Of a stretch of DNA of 64,000 nt, positions 1 to 12,200 are shown one piece after another. The DNA is from Balanoglossus misakiensis (taxonomy: Eukaryota > Animalia > Hemichordata), in assembly GCA_040954595.2 (NCBI GenBank), contig CM082591.2, positions 9,813,309-9,877,308 of the forward strand, in the 5' to 3' direction. The notes below the pieces were generated by a model. The model was not told the DNA's origin. It did no database searches and worked only from the letters and a program-made list of their open reading frames with translations. The first letter of the stretch is position 1, and every line of letters starts with the position of its first letter. A program made the translations under genes and the position numbers.

Positions 1-183
1 AGTTATGTTAACCTCACACAGTTCTATATGTTGTGAGCCAATAATGTGAATTTTCTATTTTTTATGTATTTTTTGTCTCTTTCCACATTATTGGTAGAAA
101 ATCTTCTTTTCTGGAATTGATCAGCTGACTTATTTGAAATTTAGTATGAAGCTTCATAGGTGATCTGAGTTATCATAGTTTTG
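1..183 (+). mobile_element. Degenerate internal (core) segment of a HINE/Helentron-like non-autonomous element
   Basis: Similar to 440-660, 4300-4475 and 5440-5600 (e.g. tttgaaatttagtatgaagcttcata..gtgat.tgagtta). It is cut at ttttgt, where the next element begins. Confidence 0.55.
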
Positions 184-800
184 TAAGGTCCCATTTGCTT
201 TACCATGGGACCTTATGATATCGGTGGATGTATGTATGTATGTCCGTCCACATCACAAACTTGAAAACCGCTGAGCATATGACCTCGATATTTGGTGTGT
301 AGATGCAGGCCAGGCTGAAGATTGGAGTTTGTTCAAATGAAGCTGTCATTGCCAAAAATATGCAAATTAGCTAGGAAAATGTGAAATTGGTCAAAACTCA
401 AACTCAACAACCACTGGTCACATTGATTTGAAAATCAGTATGCATGTACCTTATGTCTACCTCAAACAGTCCTGTATGTTTTGAGCTAATATTATCGATT
501 TTTAATTTTTTATGCCAAAAATCTTTTATGCATTTTTTGTATTTTTCCACATTATTGGTAAAGAAATCATCATTTCTAAAAGTTATAGGCCTCATTCTTT
601 AAATTTTAGTATGAAGCTTCTAATGGTTGTCTGAGTAACCAAAGTTTTGTTCAAATTGTTGAAAAATTTGCATATTTTAATTTTGAGCAATTTTGCCATT
701 TTTGGTCATTTTTTTTTCTTTAAAACTGCATGCCAGATTGATTTGGTAGGCATATTCCTAAGGGTAAACTGAGTAAGATGTTGTAAAAATGTGATATTAT
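184..800 (+). mobile_element. HINE/DINE-1-like (Helentron-associated) non-autonomous element, 5' part, copy A
   Basis: Perfect 11-bp inverted repeat taaggtcccat (184-194) / atgggacctta (205-215), followed by a (GTAT)n(GTCC)n microsatellite (~228-250) and AT-rich core sequence. This subTIR-IR-microsatellite layout is typical of DINE-1/HINE elements. Confidence 0.65.
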
Positions 801-1940
801 ATATTGTGTTATTGGAGAGGGGGGGGGGGGGGGAGGGTTACTCAAACATTTATAACACCCAGCAACTTTTGGTACTGGCAGTGTTTGTCCTCCAATGATT
901 TCAACATCCTGCTAGGAATACAACCTCTCCTCAACTTCATAAATATAGGGCATGACATTGCAGGTTTTTTTAGAACACTGTTTAAAATAACCCTCATCAA
1001 GCCTGTTAACTTATTTAGACAGACTATTATCCAGAATGAAACGAAACATGAATGCAATAAAAAGATCTTGTGCAATAAAAACCAAGTTGATCATAACAAT
1101 CATTTGCTACGTACAACATGTACATCACTAATAGAAGTTATGGCTATAAGCATAAACCTGTTTGTTTTGCTATCTTCACTATTCATGTTATCTGACTATA
1201 TTAATACATTTGCAAGCATACTGTTTCAGACATAGCGAATTTGATAAACATCTACAAATATATTTTTACCTGTTGAAGTTATCAAAATCCAGACACTTGA
1301 CAAAAGTAGATTTTTCATCCCCTCTATAGATTGATAGTCTAACATAACAGGCAATCTGTTTCTAACAACTGCAGAAGCCTTCATAAAAAGTTGTTGGCCA
1401 GAATGAAAGCTTGGGGGGACGTAGGATTTCCTACTTTTTAGGTTATTTTTTCTATGGCCCCAAAAAGTTATGACACAAAATTGATGACCCCCCTTGGAAT
1501 TTATAATCCCCCCCCCCCCTTATCATACCCTGTCCATATTCTTATAAATGTCAATAAACGCCATACGGTCCTGTATGTTTTGTTTTGAGCTAATATTATG
1601 AATTTTCTATTTTTATTGTTTTGTCTTTTACTGCATTATTGGTAAAAAAAATCTTCCTTTCTGAAAGCGATAGTTTTTGTTCAAATTGCAAATTGTTGTG
1701 AAATTGGTATATTTATAATTTTGAGCAATTTGTATCCATATTCAAATAAATATGAAAAGAAATTTCTCACAGATATTATTTACTTTGATAATACTATCAT
1801 TCGTGCAACAACTAATCAATCAAACAGTCAATAATCATAAATTGGGAGTTCAAAAATATCTATGAGGGAGATTTAAAACCCTGTTAGCAACAACTATTTG
1901 CCATGTTTTCAGTATTAATGTTTTGTGTAGCTTCTGCAGT

Positions 1941-2565
1941 TTTTAGGTCCCATTTGGTATGTACCATGGGCCTTATGGAATCAGTTGCGTCTGTATTTAT
2001 GTATGGATGTACTGTATTTTCGCGAGTTAAATTTTTCGCGATATCGAGAGAGGCCACTGTATCGCGAGTATTAATTTTCGCGTTCTCTTATTTCATTCAC
2101 TGCATCGTTAACTTCAAAAACAATTGACGTGACTTTTTATTTTCACGTTATTTTGGCTCTCGCGTATTTGGCGAAAATTAATTGCTCGCGAAAATAAAGT
2201 GTTTTACAGTATGTCTGTCTGTTTGTATGGATGTATGTCTGTATGTCCGTCCACATCAAAAACTTGAAAACCGTTGTGCGTATCACCTTGATATTTGGTG
2301 TGCAGATGCAGGCTGGGCTGTAGATTGGAGTTTGTTAACATGAAGTTGTCATTACCAAATATATGCAAATTAGCTGGAAAAATGTGAAATTGGTCAAAAC
2401 TCGCAAAACTCAACAACTGCTGGTCAGATTGATTTGGAAATTGGTATGCAAGTACCTTATGTCTACCTCATACAGTCCTGTATGTTTTGAGCTAATTTTG
2501 ATTTTCTATTTTTGATGCATTTGTTTGTATTTTTCAACATTATTGGTAAAAAATCTTCATCTGAA
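1941..2565 (+). mobile_element. HINE/DINE-1-like element, 5' part, copy B (interrupted by a MITE)
   Basis: T-run, then taggtcccat...atgggcctta inverted repeat and a GTAT/GTCT/GTCC microsatellite. The body is colinear with copy A (cacatca.aaacttgaaaaccg...atatgcaaattagct...aaattggtcaaaactc). Confidence 0.65.
2012..2209. mobile_element. ~200-bp MITE with CTGTA..TACAG ends and TA target duplication (Tc1/mariner-type non-autonomous DNA transposon)
   Basis: ta|ctgtattttcgcgag ... tcgcgaaaataaagtgttttacag|ta, with internal repeated TTTTCGCG/CGCGAAAA motifs. It sits inside the microsatellite of copy B and is absent from copy A. Confidence 0.75.
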
Positions 2566-3059
2566 TCTAAAATTACCGTCGAATCATCCATTGTGAGTTA
2601 ACACTGTAATTAGCAAAAGTTATAAATCCACAGTTACCCAGCAAATTTGATATAATGCTTCACATAGGTATTGGTTTTGAACATCCTTCAGAAAGGGTAT
2701 GAATATTTTAAAATTTTTACTGTTGCAACCCAGACTAGTTTATTTCTGAATAAACAGAGAAATGACAACCGGATAGATTATTCTTCTGTACCAAAGACAT
2801 ATGCAGACACAAGAAATAGTCTGAACATTATCAGTACATTACTAAAACAGTGTAGGTACATTGTACTATAAACTGAGGAAGATTAGTGACTATTGTTTGC
2901 CAAAAATTGTCCCAAGTCAGTTCTCAAGCATATCAGAATAGTAGCTTTGAGTAGCAAAGTGTGATGATTTAAAATGTAAAAAGACAACACCAATCTCTAG
3001 CTCTGCTCTCAGCACTGCAAAAGTTATCAGACAGGTAGATAGATGTTCAGTCATCCTAT

Positions 3060-3860
3060 GTCTGTCAACACTTTTCTTTTCTGAAATCACTGGTGCAAGT
3101 GCTTTCAAATTTGGTGTGCAGGTTTCTTGGGGTAGTGAAGTACTGCGTGTTCAAATTGTGTTGAATTCTGCATATTTGTAGTTTGGAACAATTTTTTGCT
3201 GTTTTTGGAAGAAAAAAGCTAAGCTCGTAGATTACTTTGACTTTGCAGGTTTCTAGGTATGACACAAGTTGTTTCTTCAAAATATGGTGAAATTTGCATA
3301 TTTGGGGGGAAATTTTCTCTGAAATTTAGTATGGATCTCCCTGAGGTATGTGACATAATCTGTAATTTTGTATTTTGGAGACAGTTGCCTTTTTATACAA
3401 ACAAAAAATCTTGTCAGAATATGCATGTCTGATTGCCATGTCCACAGGGGTGATCTAATTTTATTTACATTATAACCGAATCTGTAAAGTTTTCATAATG
3501 ATCTTTAAAATAGGTACGTCTAATTGATTTGATGATTGGTATGAATTGTCCCTTGGTGATCATAGTCAATGCTTTTGAAATTCTGCTGAATATTGCATTA
3601 TTATTTTGTCCGAGTCTGAATAGTAGTCATCTTCTCTGAAACCCCTTGACCTAAGTCAGGTGTCAAATAGTACAATTTGCATATTTGTTGCATTGGAGAT
3701 ATTGTTGCAGTTTTTGAAATTCAAGATGGCTGCCAATGTCTGTGTTAACTCTATGGAAAAACATTTATGTAAATACTTTTCTGAAAACAAGGTGGTGAAC
3801 ATCACATTTTTGTTTACAAACAGTAATAGAAATAGCTATCATTGTTTCTTAAAATCTTAA
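3060..3860 (+). mobile_element. Degenerate HINE-type core repeats
   Basis: Recurrent motifs ttctgaaa..actg, ttcaaatttggt.tgca and tttgcatattt, resembling the cores in 1-800. Boundaries are approximate. Confidence 0.4.
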
Positions 3861-4264
3861 CTTGTAGGATTCTTTTTCAATCTCTGGCATCTGCAGAGAC
3901 AATTAAACAACTCTATAAAAAGTCTTATTGCTTAGTACTGACACGAGGTGGTAAAAAGATGTGCAGCTTTTGACTTCTTACAGGCTTACACTTTGTTAGT
4001 AATATGAGTCCCTATTGGTATTGTGCTGGGTTTTTAGGAGCTTGGGCCCCATTCCCTGGATATTTTGTACACCTTGCTCTGAAAACCTGCCACACCTATG
4101 CTTCTTGAATTTGTCACAGTTGTCCTTGCCAATGAGTGTGCACCTTGAAATTCAAATCAGTCATTTGACCTGGCAGCCATATTCAATTGAAATTTTTAAA
4201 TTAATGCAAATTAGCTGGGAAAATTTGAAATTGGTCAAAACTCAGAAACTCGACAACCACTGGT

Positions 4265-4660
4265 CAGATTGATTTGACAATTGGTATGCAAGTACCTTAT
4301 GTCAACCACATACAGTCCTGTATTTTGAATAGTTTGAATGTTCTATTTTTAATCATTTTTTGCCTTTTTCTTCATTTTTGGTAAAAAATCTACTTTTCTA
4401 GAATTGATGAGACGACTTCTTTGAAATTTAGTATGAAGCTTCATATAGGTGATATGAGTTACCATACTTTTGTTAAAATGTAGGAAATTTGCATATTCAT
4501 AATTTTGGAGCAATTTCGGCCTTTTTTTATTTTTTTTTTCTAAAACCGCTTGTTACATTGCTTTGAAATTTATTAGTCATATTAGGGGTAGCCCAAGTAA
4601 AATTTGCATGTATGTTTTTCAAATCAACTTGATGAATTGAATAGTATATTTTTGGGATGA
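4265..4660 (+). repeat. ~400-bp HINE core segment, copy 1 of a local direct duplication
   Basis: Starts cagattgatttgacaattggtatgcaagtaccttatgtcaaccacatac and ends caacttgatgaattgaatagtatatttttg. Closely matches 5384-5790. Confidence 0.8.
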
Positions 4661-5383
4661 TTTTTGCCATTTTTGGTCAAAACTCTTCTCAGAACCCCCC
4701 ACAGTACGTGAAATATCCCATGAAGCATTCTGATTTGTACAACCAGAGATTACTCGGTCAAACCAGGCAAAGTTCACATGTGTAGAGAAAATTGTAGACC
4801 ACTAATACAAATTTTGAGAGCATGCTTTAAAGGCGAATGTTATTGTCAATTACCATTTCAAATGATAAACAAAATCATGCATTATTGAAAGAGGAGATAC
4901 AAATTTTATAAAATAAGCAATTGCATAGCCAGCCGATACAAAAAAGTTTGAAGTAAAACAGGGACACTTGAAACACTTGTTTAATCAAACAAAAAGATAT
5001 TGATTTTTTTCTATTGACAGAACAATGGAAATTTACATGTTAACTTTCAACAGAGACTGGCCACCTCAGTTAGTCATTGCTTCTTTCCTCTTAAGTGTGA
5101 CATTTGACGTACATGAATGAATACTTTGATTTCTATGGCTTTTAAATTTTGATTTTGAAATTTTCACTCTAATTCCTCAACATAATTTTTCTAAATAAAT
5201 CTTAATACAGTTATATGTACTTCATATCATTCTTAGTATCTAAAATAGAAAGTAATTAAATGGACAATCACGATGATACAAATAATGGAGAATTGTGGGT
5301 AAAATATCGTACTGTTCCCCCTCTACCCCCACTGCTTTAAAATTTGATTTAAAGGGTTCAGGGTTTGTTCTCATGATAATTTA

Positions 5384-5790
5384 CAGATTGATTTGACAAT
5401 TGGTATGCAAGTACCTTATGTCAACCACATACAATCCTGTATTTTTTGAACTAATAGTTTGAATGTTCTATTTTATGCATTTTTTGCCTTTTTCCTCATT
5501 TGTGGTAAAAAATCTACTTTTCTAGAATTGATGAGTCAACTTCTTTGAAATTTTAGTATGAAGCTTCATATAGGTGATATGAGTTACAAGACTTTTGTTG
5601 AAATGTTGCAAAATTTGCATATTGATAATTTTGGAGCAATTTCAGCCTTGTTTAATTAATTTTTTTTCTCTAAAACCGCTTGTTCCATTGCTTTAAAATT
5701 TGTTAGTCATGTTAGGGGTAGCTCAAGTAAGATTTGCATGTATGTTTTTCAAATCAACTTGATGAATTGAATAGTATATTTTTGAGGGAT
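5384..5790 (+). repeat. ~400-bp HINE core segment, copy 2
   Basis: Colinear near-identical match to 4265-4660. It ends where the LINE fragment is inserted. Confidence 0.8.
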
Positions 5791-6042
5791 CAAATCAAAT
5801 CAAATCAAAACAAACATTTATAAAGCGCCAGAATCAATAACAATGTTATTTCCAAAGGCGCTGAAAGTATAACATCAGTGTTCGTAGGCTTTGACAAATA
5901 GAAATGTCTTGAGTTTTTGTTTGAAAATGTTGAGACTAGAAGCCTGTTGAATGTCAGATGGCAGAGAATTGTTTTGAGTCTGTACTTTGGTACACACAAC
6001 TGGTTCCTTGAGCTGAAGCGCAGAGCCCGACTAGGCTTATAT
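5789..6042 (-). mobile_element. 5'-truncated 3' end of an L2/CR1-group LINE (ORF2 C-terminus, 3' UTR, (TTTGA)n tail)
   Basis: The minus strand translates YKPSRALRFSSRNQLCVPKYRLKT and, after a frameshifting deletion, NSLPSDIQQASSLNIFKQKLKTFLFVKAYEH*. This matches the L2-type ORF2 C-terminal pattern Y.P.R.LRS...L.VP...LKT...WNSLP...SL..FK..LKT.LF. The tail reads (ATCAA)n on the plus strand at 5789-5810. Confidence 0.85.
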
Positions 6043-6822
6043 GATTTTCGATTTGATTTGGTTTCAGGGTGTTTTCTCATGATGATTTACAAAACCTATG
6101 ACTGTTTACTTTGAAATTTGAGTAGGAAGTTAATTGGATGTGTTTGTTTAGATAATGGAATCAAATAAAGTTATTCATTATTCACCTTCATTCTTCACCT
6201 CATTTCATTTATTGGCTGGTTTGTCTATTGTATCAGGGCAGAGTACTTGCCATCCCACCCCACCGATACAAACTTTGAGTGGCAAAAGAAAAATTTGTCG
6301 TAACATTGAGTTAATTTGCTTTTGGGCTCAGTAAAATGCAACTTTGAGCTCTGTATTTGTACAAAATTTTCATTAATTGGCTGGTTTGTCTATTGTACCA
6401 GGCCAGCATACATAAGATCAAGATGTTTTCGGGGCTGGGGGCATCATATTTTATTGCCTCTCTATGTGTGTGTCTGTCTGTCTGTACTCCTGTGTAGACA
6501 TTTTCTAGTGTAATCACTAAATGAGACCACAGTGACCTTGACGCTATTTTTTGCGATTTTCAATGACCCCAGGGTAACCTTTGACCAGCTTTCATATATC
6601 TTGGTATTCACAGCAGAATACAGCCTTGGCATACCCTGGTAACCATGGGAACCGTTTGGGCCCCACCAATGGTGCTGGCAGCGTTAATTTTTAAATGATT
6701 TCTTCTTATCGTTTTCTTTATCAATGATGATGACTTGATCTAATCAGATTATAAAAATAATTTCATTCTTTTTTTACATTAGGTTCTTTGGTAACACTGC
6801 TGCTGGTGGGAGTGTAAAATTG

Positions 6823-7330
6823 GTAACGACGCCGCCACCTAATACTGTACTGGATAGATGAATTTAATACTTGTAACGACGCCGCCACCTAATACTGTAC
6901 TGGAGGGATGAACTTAATACTTGTAACGACGCCGCCACCTAATACTGTACTGGAGGGAGGAACTTAATACTTGTAACGACGCCGCCATCTAATACTGTAC
7001 TGGAGGGAGGAACTTAATACTTGTAACGACGCCGCCACCTAATACTGTACTGGAGGGAGGAACTTAATACTTGTAACGACGCCGCCACCTAATACTGTAC
7101 TGGAGGGAGGAACTTAAACTTGTAACGACGCCGCCACCTAATACTGTACTGGAGGGAGGAACTTAAACTTGTAACGACGCCGCCACCTAATACTGTACTG
7201 GAGGGAGGAACTTAATACTTGTAACAACGCCGCCACCTAATACTGTACTGAAGGGAGGAACTTAAACTTGTAACGACGCCGCCACCTAATACTGTACTGG
7301 AGGGATGAACTTAATACTTGTAACGACGCC
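6823..7330. repeat. 50-bp minisatellite, about 10 copies
   Basis: Unit gtaacgacgccgccacctaatactgtactggagggaggaacttaatactt at 6823, 6873, 6923, 6973, 7023, 7073, 7122, 7171, 7221, 7270 and 7320 (partial). Some units are 49 bp. Confidence 0.95.
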
Positions 7331-7513
7331 AGATGATGCTTCTGTGACCAGAGGGATGAACGACGCCATGATTTGTTGATCTGATCTAATTAATAATATT
7401 CATCCTTTTTTTTCAATAGGTTCATTGGTATTATCATCGCCGGAGGGAGTCTAATCAATATCTACAACAACGCCGCACCAGATAACAATATCAAAACCAG
7501 AGGGATGCAGTCA

Positions 7514-7692
7514 ATAGGTTAGGCTAATAAAAATGGTTTAATCTGAGGGAATGGTAATAGGTTGGTGTATGAATATGTTAGGGTAATAAAAAATGGTATA
7601 ATCTAACAGAATGGTGAAGGGTTGGTGTATGAATAGGTTAGGCTAATAAAAATGGTATAATCTAATGGAATGGTGAAGGGTTGGTGTATGAT
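7514..7692. repeat. ~60-bp tandem repeat, 3 copies
   Basis: ataggttaggctaataaaaatggtataatct...gaatggtgaagggttggtgtatga repeated three times with substitutions. Confidence 0.85.
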
Positions 7693-8127
7693 GACTAATA
7701 AAACAGTGTGCACAAGGGTACTATAACAAAACTGTCTGCAAGGGTATAATATTATGGTTTCAAGGGTATGATAAGTAATAAAAATACTATAAAATCATGA
7801 GTAATGCCACGTGGTAAATAAAAACTGTACATGTACAGAGGGTAAATACCGGTATAATATATAAGGGTGTAAACATCAATGGTGTAATAATAAAAAATGG
7901 GTAACACAAGGTTTTGGTGGTATAATAATAATAAAATGGTATTAACTTGATAGTATAAACATTATGGGATGTGTATAAATGGTGTTAATATTACAAAGGT
8001 ATGATGATTAGTTGGGGTGTAATAATAAGAAACTTAAAATCATTGGGTAATTTATTAGGGTCAGGTTGGGTATAATAATTGTTGCTATGCATTCGTGTAA
8101 TAATTGTCTGCGGATTTTTTGCAGCAT

Positions 8128-8308
8128 TACCCGCGTTCGCGTTCTTCATTGCAGGTCGCTCGTCGTGTAATGGAATTTCGCCGTGTGCCCGTTTGATTCG
8201 CCGATGGATTTTTTACAACGTTACCCGCGTTCGCGTTCTTCATCGCAGTTCGCTCGTCGTGTAATGGAATTTCGCTGTGTGCCCGGTTGATTCGCCGATG
8301 GATTTTTT
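8128..8308. repeat. 93-bp CpG-rich tandem duplication
   Basis: ttacccgcgttcgcgttcttcat.gcag.tcgctcgtcgtgtaatggaatttcgc.gtgtgccc..ttgattcgccgatggatttttt at 8128 and 8221. Confidence 0.9.
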
Positions 8309-8735
8309 GCTTTCGTCATCGTAATTCCCGCATCAACACGAATCCTCAATCTCACGCAACAACAATACATCAAAATGTACACAGAAAAATAGGAGTCGGC
8401 AAGACAATTCTGGTTAGTTTGAGCCCCAACCTTTTAAAATTCACAACGGGGTAGGGGGCAGTTTTTCCTCATTTTATATTTGGCTCGAGGTTTTTAACTG
8501 TCCCCAGGCGCGTAAAGTTAGTTAGTTTATCACACAGAATGTAATTATCTTGCTTGATTTAAAAAACACTAAAATTGTATGGGGGAGCTTCTTGCGATTT
8601 GCACTTAAGAAACTGATGGTTTTTACCCATAGATAATATTTAGTATTAAGCACATAATTGCCTGGAAATAAAAATTAACTCAAGGGTAGAATGCAACAGT
8701 TAATTTTGTGCAATATCAACAGGAGCTATTTTGGC

Positions 8736-8841
8736 ACATTTTTTCAGTTTGATAAACACTGTTTTTGCTCATTGTTTCATTTCGACCACATTATTTCAGT
8801 TTGATAAACACTGTTTTTGCTCATTGTTTCATTTCGACCAC
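8736..8841. repeat. 51-bp tandem duplication
   Basis: tttcagtttgataaacactgtttttgctcattgtttcatttcgaccac present twice. Confidence 0.9.
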
Positions 8842-9231
8842 TTTTGTCACCTTGTTTCAAATTGAATGCTGTTTGACCACTATACTTGGGGTAATTGTTC
8901 CAAATTGGTATGCAAGATATTTTACATCAGCAGTTAGCCATCTAGCCACACTTTAGCTGCACAGCATATGAAAAATAATGAAATTCATGCAAAAAGCAAA
9001 AAAGTATTATGGGTATAATGCCATTGCAGCATTGGCGGTTCGACTCCGTCGATACTTACTTTGAAGCATAAGTCTTCATTATTTTTCATATGTAATAAAT
9101 AAAACTATTCCAAATTCATATCTTTGTTTTCAGTTAGTGCTTTTGCTTCAGTTAGGGGGCCCACACTTACCAAACCTGTCTTGCCATCTTTATACATTTC
9201 TTCAACAGTAGGCAGTATTTGATCAAATTGA

Positions 9232-12200
9232 CCCACAAATCACTCAAAATTAATAGGCAGGATACTGTCCACTCTGGCCTGGTTACTGTCTGGCCAGGTT
9301 AATGTTGACGCAAAGGTTGACCACACCAAACACTCAAAATTAATGGGCACGACACTGGCCACTCTGGCCTGGTTAATCAATGCTGACGCAAAGGTTGACC
9401 CCACCAAACACTCAAAATTAATGGGCACGACACTGGCCACAAGCTCTGGCCTGGTTAATCAATGCTGACGCAAAGGTTGACCCCACCAAACACTCAAAAT
9501 TAATTGGCACGACACTGGCCACTAGCTCTGGCCTGGTTAATCAATGCTGACGCAAAGGTTGACCCCACCAAACACTCAAAATTAATGGGCACGACACTGG
9601 CCACAAGCTCTGGCCTGGTTAATCAATGCTGACGCAAAGGTTGACCCCACCAAACACTCAAAATTAATGGGCACGACACTGGCCACTAGCTCTGGCCTGG
9701 TTAATCAATGCTGACGCAAAGGTTGACCCCACCAAACACTCAAAAGTAATGGGCACGACACTGGCCACTAGCTCTGGCCTGGTTAATCAATGCTGACGCA
9801 AAGGTTGACCCCACCAAACACTCAAAATTAATGGGCACGACACTGGCCACTAGCTCTGGCCTGGTAAATCAATGCTGACGCAAAGGTTGACCCCACCAAA
9901 CACTCAAAATTAATGGGCACGACACTGGCCACTAGCTCTGCATGGCCTGGTTAATCAATGCTGACGCAAAGGTTGACCCCACCAAACACTCAAAATTAAT
10001 GGGCACGACACTGGCCACTAGCTCTGCATGGCCTGGTTAATCAATGTTGACGCAAAGGTTGACCCCACCAAACACTCAAAATTAATGGGCACGACACTGG
10101 CCACTAGCTCTGCATGGCCTGGTTAATCAATGTTGACGCAAAGGTTGACCCCACCAAACACTCAAAATTAATGGGCACGACACTGGCCACTAGCTCTGCA
10201 TGGCCTGGTTAATCAATGTTGACGCAAAGGTTGACCCCACCAAACACTCAAAATTAATGGGCACGACACTGGCCACTAGCTCTGCATGGCCTGGTTAATC
10301 AATGTTGACGCAAAGGTTGACCCCACCAAACACTCAAAATTAATGGGCACGACACTGGCCACTAGCTCTGCATGGCCTGGTTAGTCAATGTTGACGCAAA
10401 GGTTGACCCCACCAAACACTCAAAATTGATGGGCACGACACTGGCCACTAGCTCTGGCCTAGGTAATCAATGTTGACGCAAAGGTTGACCCCACCAAACA
10501 CTCAAAATTGATGGGCACGACACTGGCCACTAGCTCTGCATGGCCTGGCTAATCAAGGTTGACGCAAAGGTTGACCCTACCAAACAGTCAAAATTAATGG
10601 GCACGACACTGGCCACTAGCTCTGGCCCGGTTAAGCAATGCTGACGCAAAGGTTGACCCCACCAAACACTCAAAATTAATGGGCACGACACTGGCCACTA
10701 GCTCGGGCCTGGTTAATCAATGCTGACGCAAAGGTTGACCCCACCAAACACTCAAAATTAATGGGCACGACACTGGCCTCTAGCTCTGCCCTGGTTAATC
10801 AATGCTGACGCAAAGGTTGACCCCACCAAACACTCAAAATTAATGGGCACGACACTGGCCACTAGCTCTGGCCTTGTTAATCAATGCTGACGCAAAGGTT
10901 GACCCCACCAAACACTCAAAATTAATGGGCACGACACTGGCCACTAGCTCTGCATGGCCTGGTTAATCAATGCTGACGCAAAGGTTGACCCCACCAAACA
11001 CTCAAAATTAATGGGCACAACACTGGCCACTAGCTCTGCATGGCCTGGTTAATCAATGTTGACGCAAAGGTTGACCCCAGCAAACACTCAAAATTGATGG
11101 GCACGACACTGGCCACTAGCTCTGCATGGCCTGGTTAATCAATGTTGACGCAAAGGTCGACCCCACCAAACACTCAAAATTGATGGGCACGACACTGGCC
11201 ACTAGCTCTGGCCTAGCTAATCAATGTTGACGCAAAGGTTGACCCCACCAAACACTCAAAATTGATGGGCACGACACTGGCCACTAGCTCTGCATGGCCT
11301 GGTTAATCAATGCTGACGCAAAGGTTGACCCCACCAAACACTCAAAATTAATGGGCACGACACTGGCCACTAGCTCTGGCCTGGTTAATCAATGCTGACG
11401 CAAAGGTTGACCCCACCAAACACTCAAAAGTAATGGGCACGACACTGGCCACTAGCTCTGGCCTGGTTAATCAATGCTGACGCAAAGGTTGACCCCACCA
11501 AACACTCAAAATTAATGGGCACGACACTGGCCACTAGCTCTGGCCTGGTAAATCAATGCTGACGCAAAGGTTGACCCCACCAAACACTCAAAATTAATGG
11601 GCACGACACTGGCCACTAGCTCTGCATGGCCTGGTAAATCAATGCTGACGCAAAGGTTGACCCCACCAAACACTCAAAATTAATGGGCACGACACTGGCC
11701 ACTAGCTCTGCATGGCCTGGTTAATCAATGTTGACGCAAAGGTTGACCCCACCAAACACTCAAAATTAATGGGCACGACACTGGCCACTAGTTCTGCATG
11801 GCCTGGTTAATCAATGTTGACGCAAAGGTTGACCCCACCAAACACTCAAAATTAATGGGCACGACACTGGCCACTAGCTCTGCATGGCCTGGTTAATCAA
11901 TGTTGACGCAAAGGTTGACCCCACCAAATACTCAAAATTAATGGGCACGACACTGGCCACTAGCTCTGCATGGCCTGGTTAATCAATGTTGACGCAAAGG
12001 TTGACCCCACCAAACACTCAAAATTGATGGGCACGACACTGGCCACTAGCTCTGGCCTAGGTAATCAATGTTGATGCAAAGGTTGACCCCACCAAACACT
12101 CAAAATTGATGGGCACGACACTGGCCACTAGCTCTGCATGGCCTGGCTAATCAAGGTTGACGCAAAGGTTGACCCTACCAAACAGTCAAAATTAATGGGC

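Noticed and set aside
804-1235. 143-aa ORF, the longest in the track
   Set aside because: It has a non-ATG start, its poly-Gly comes from a G homopolymer, it has no recognisable domain, and it lies within repeat-derived DNA.
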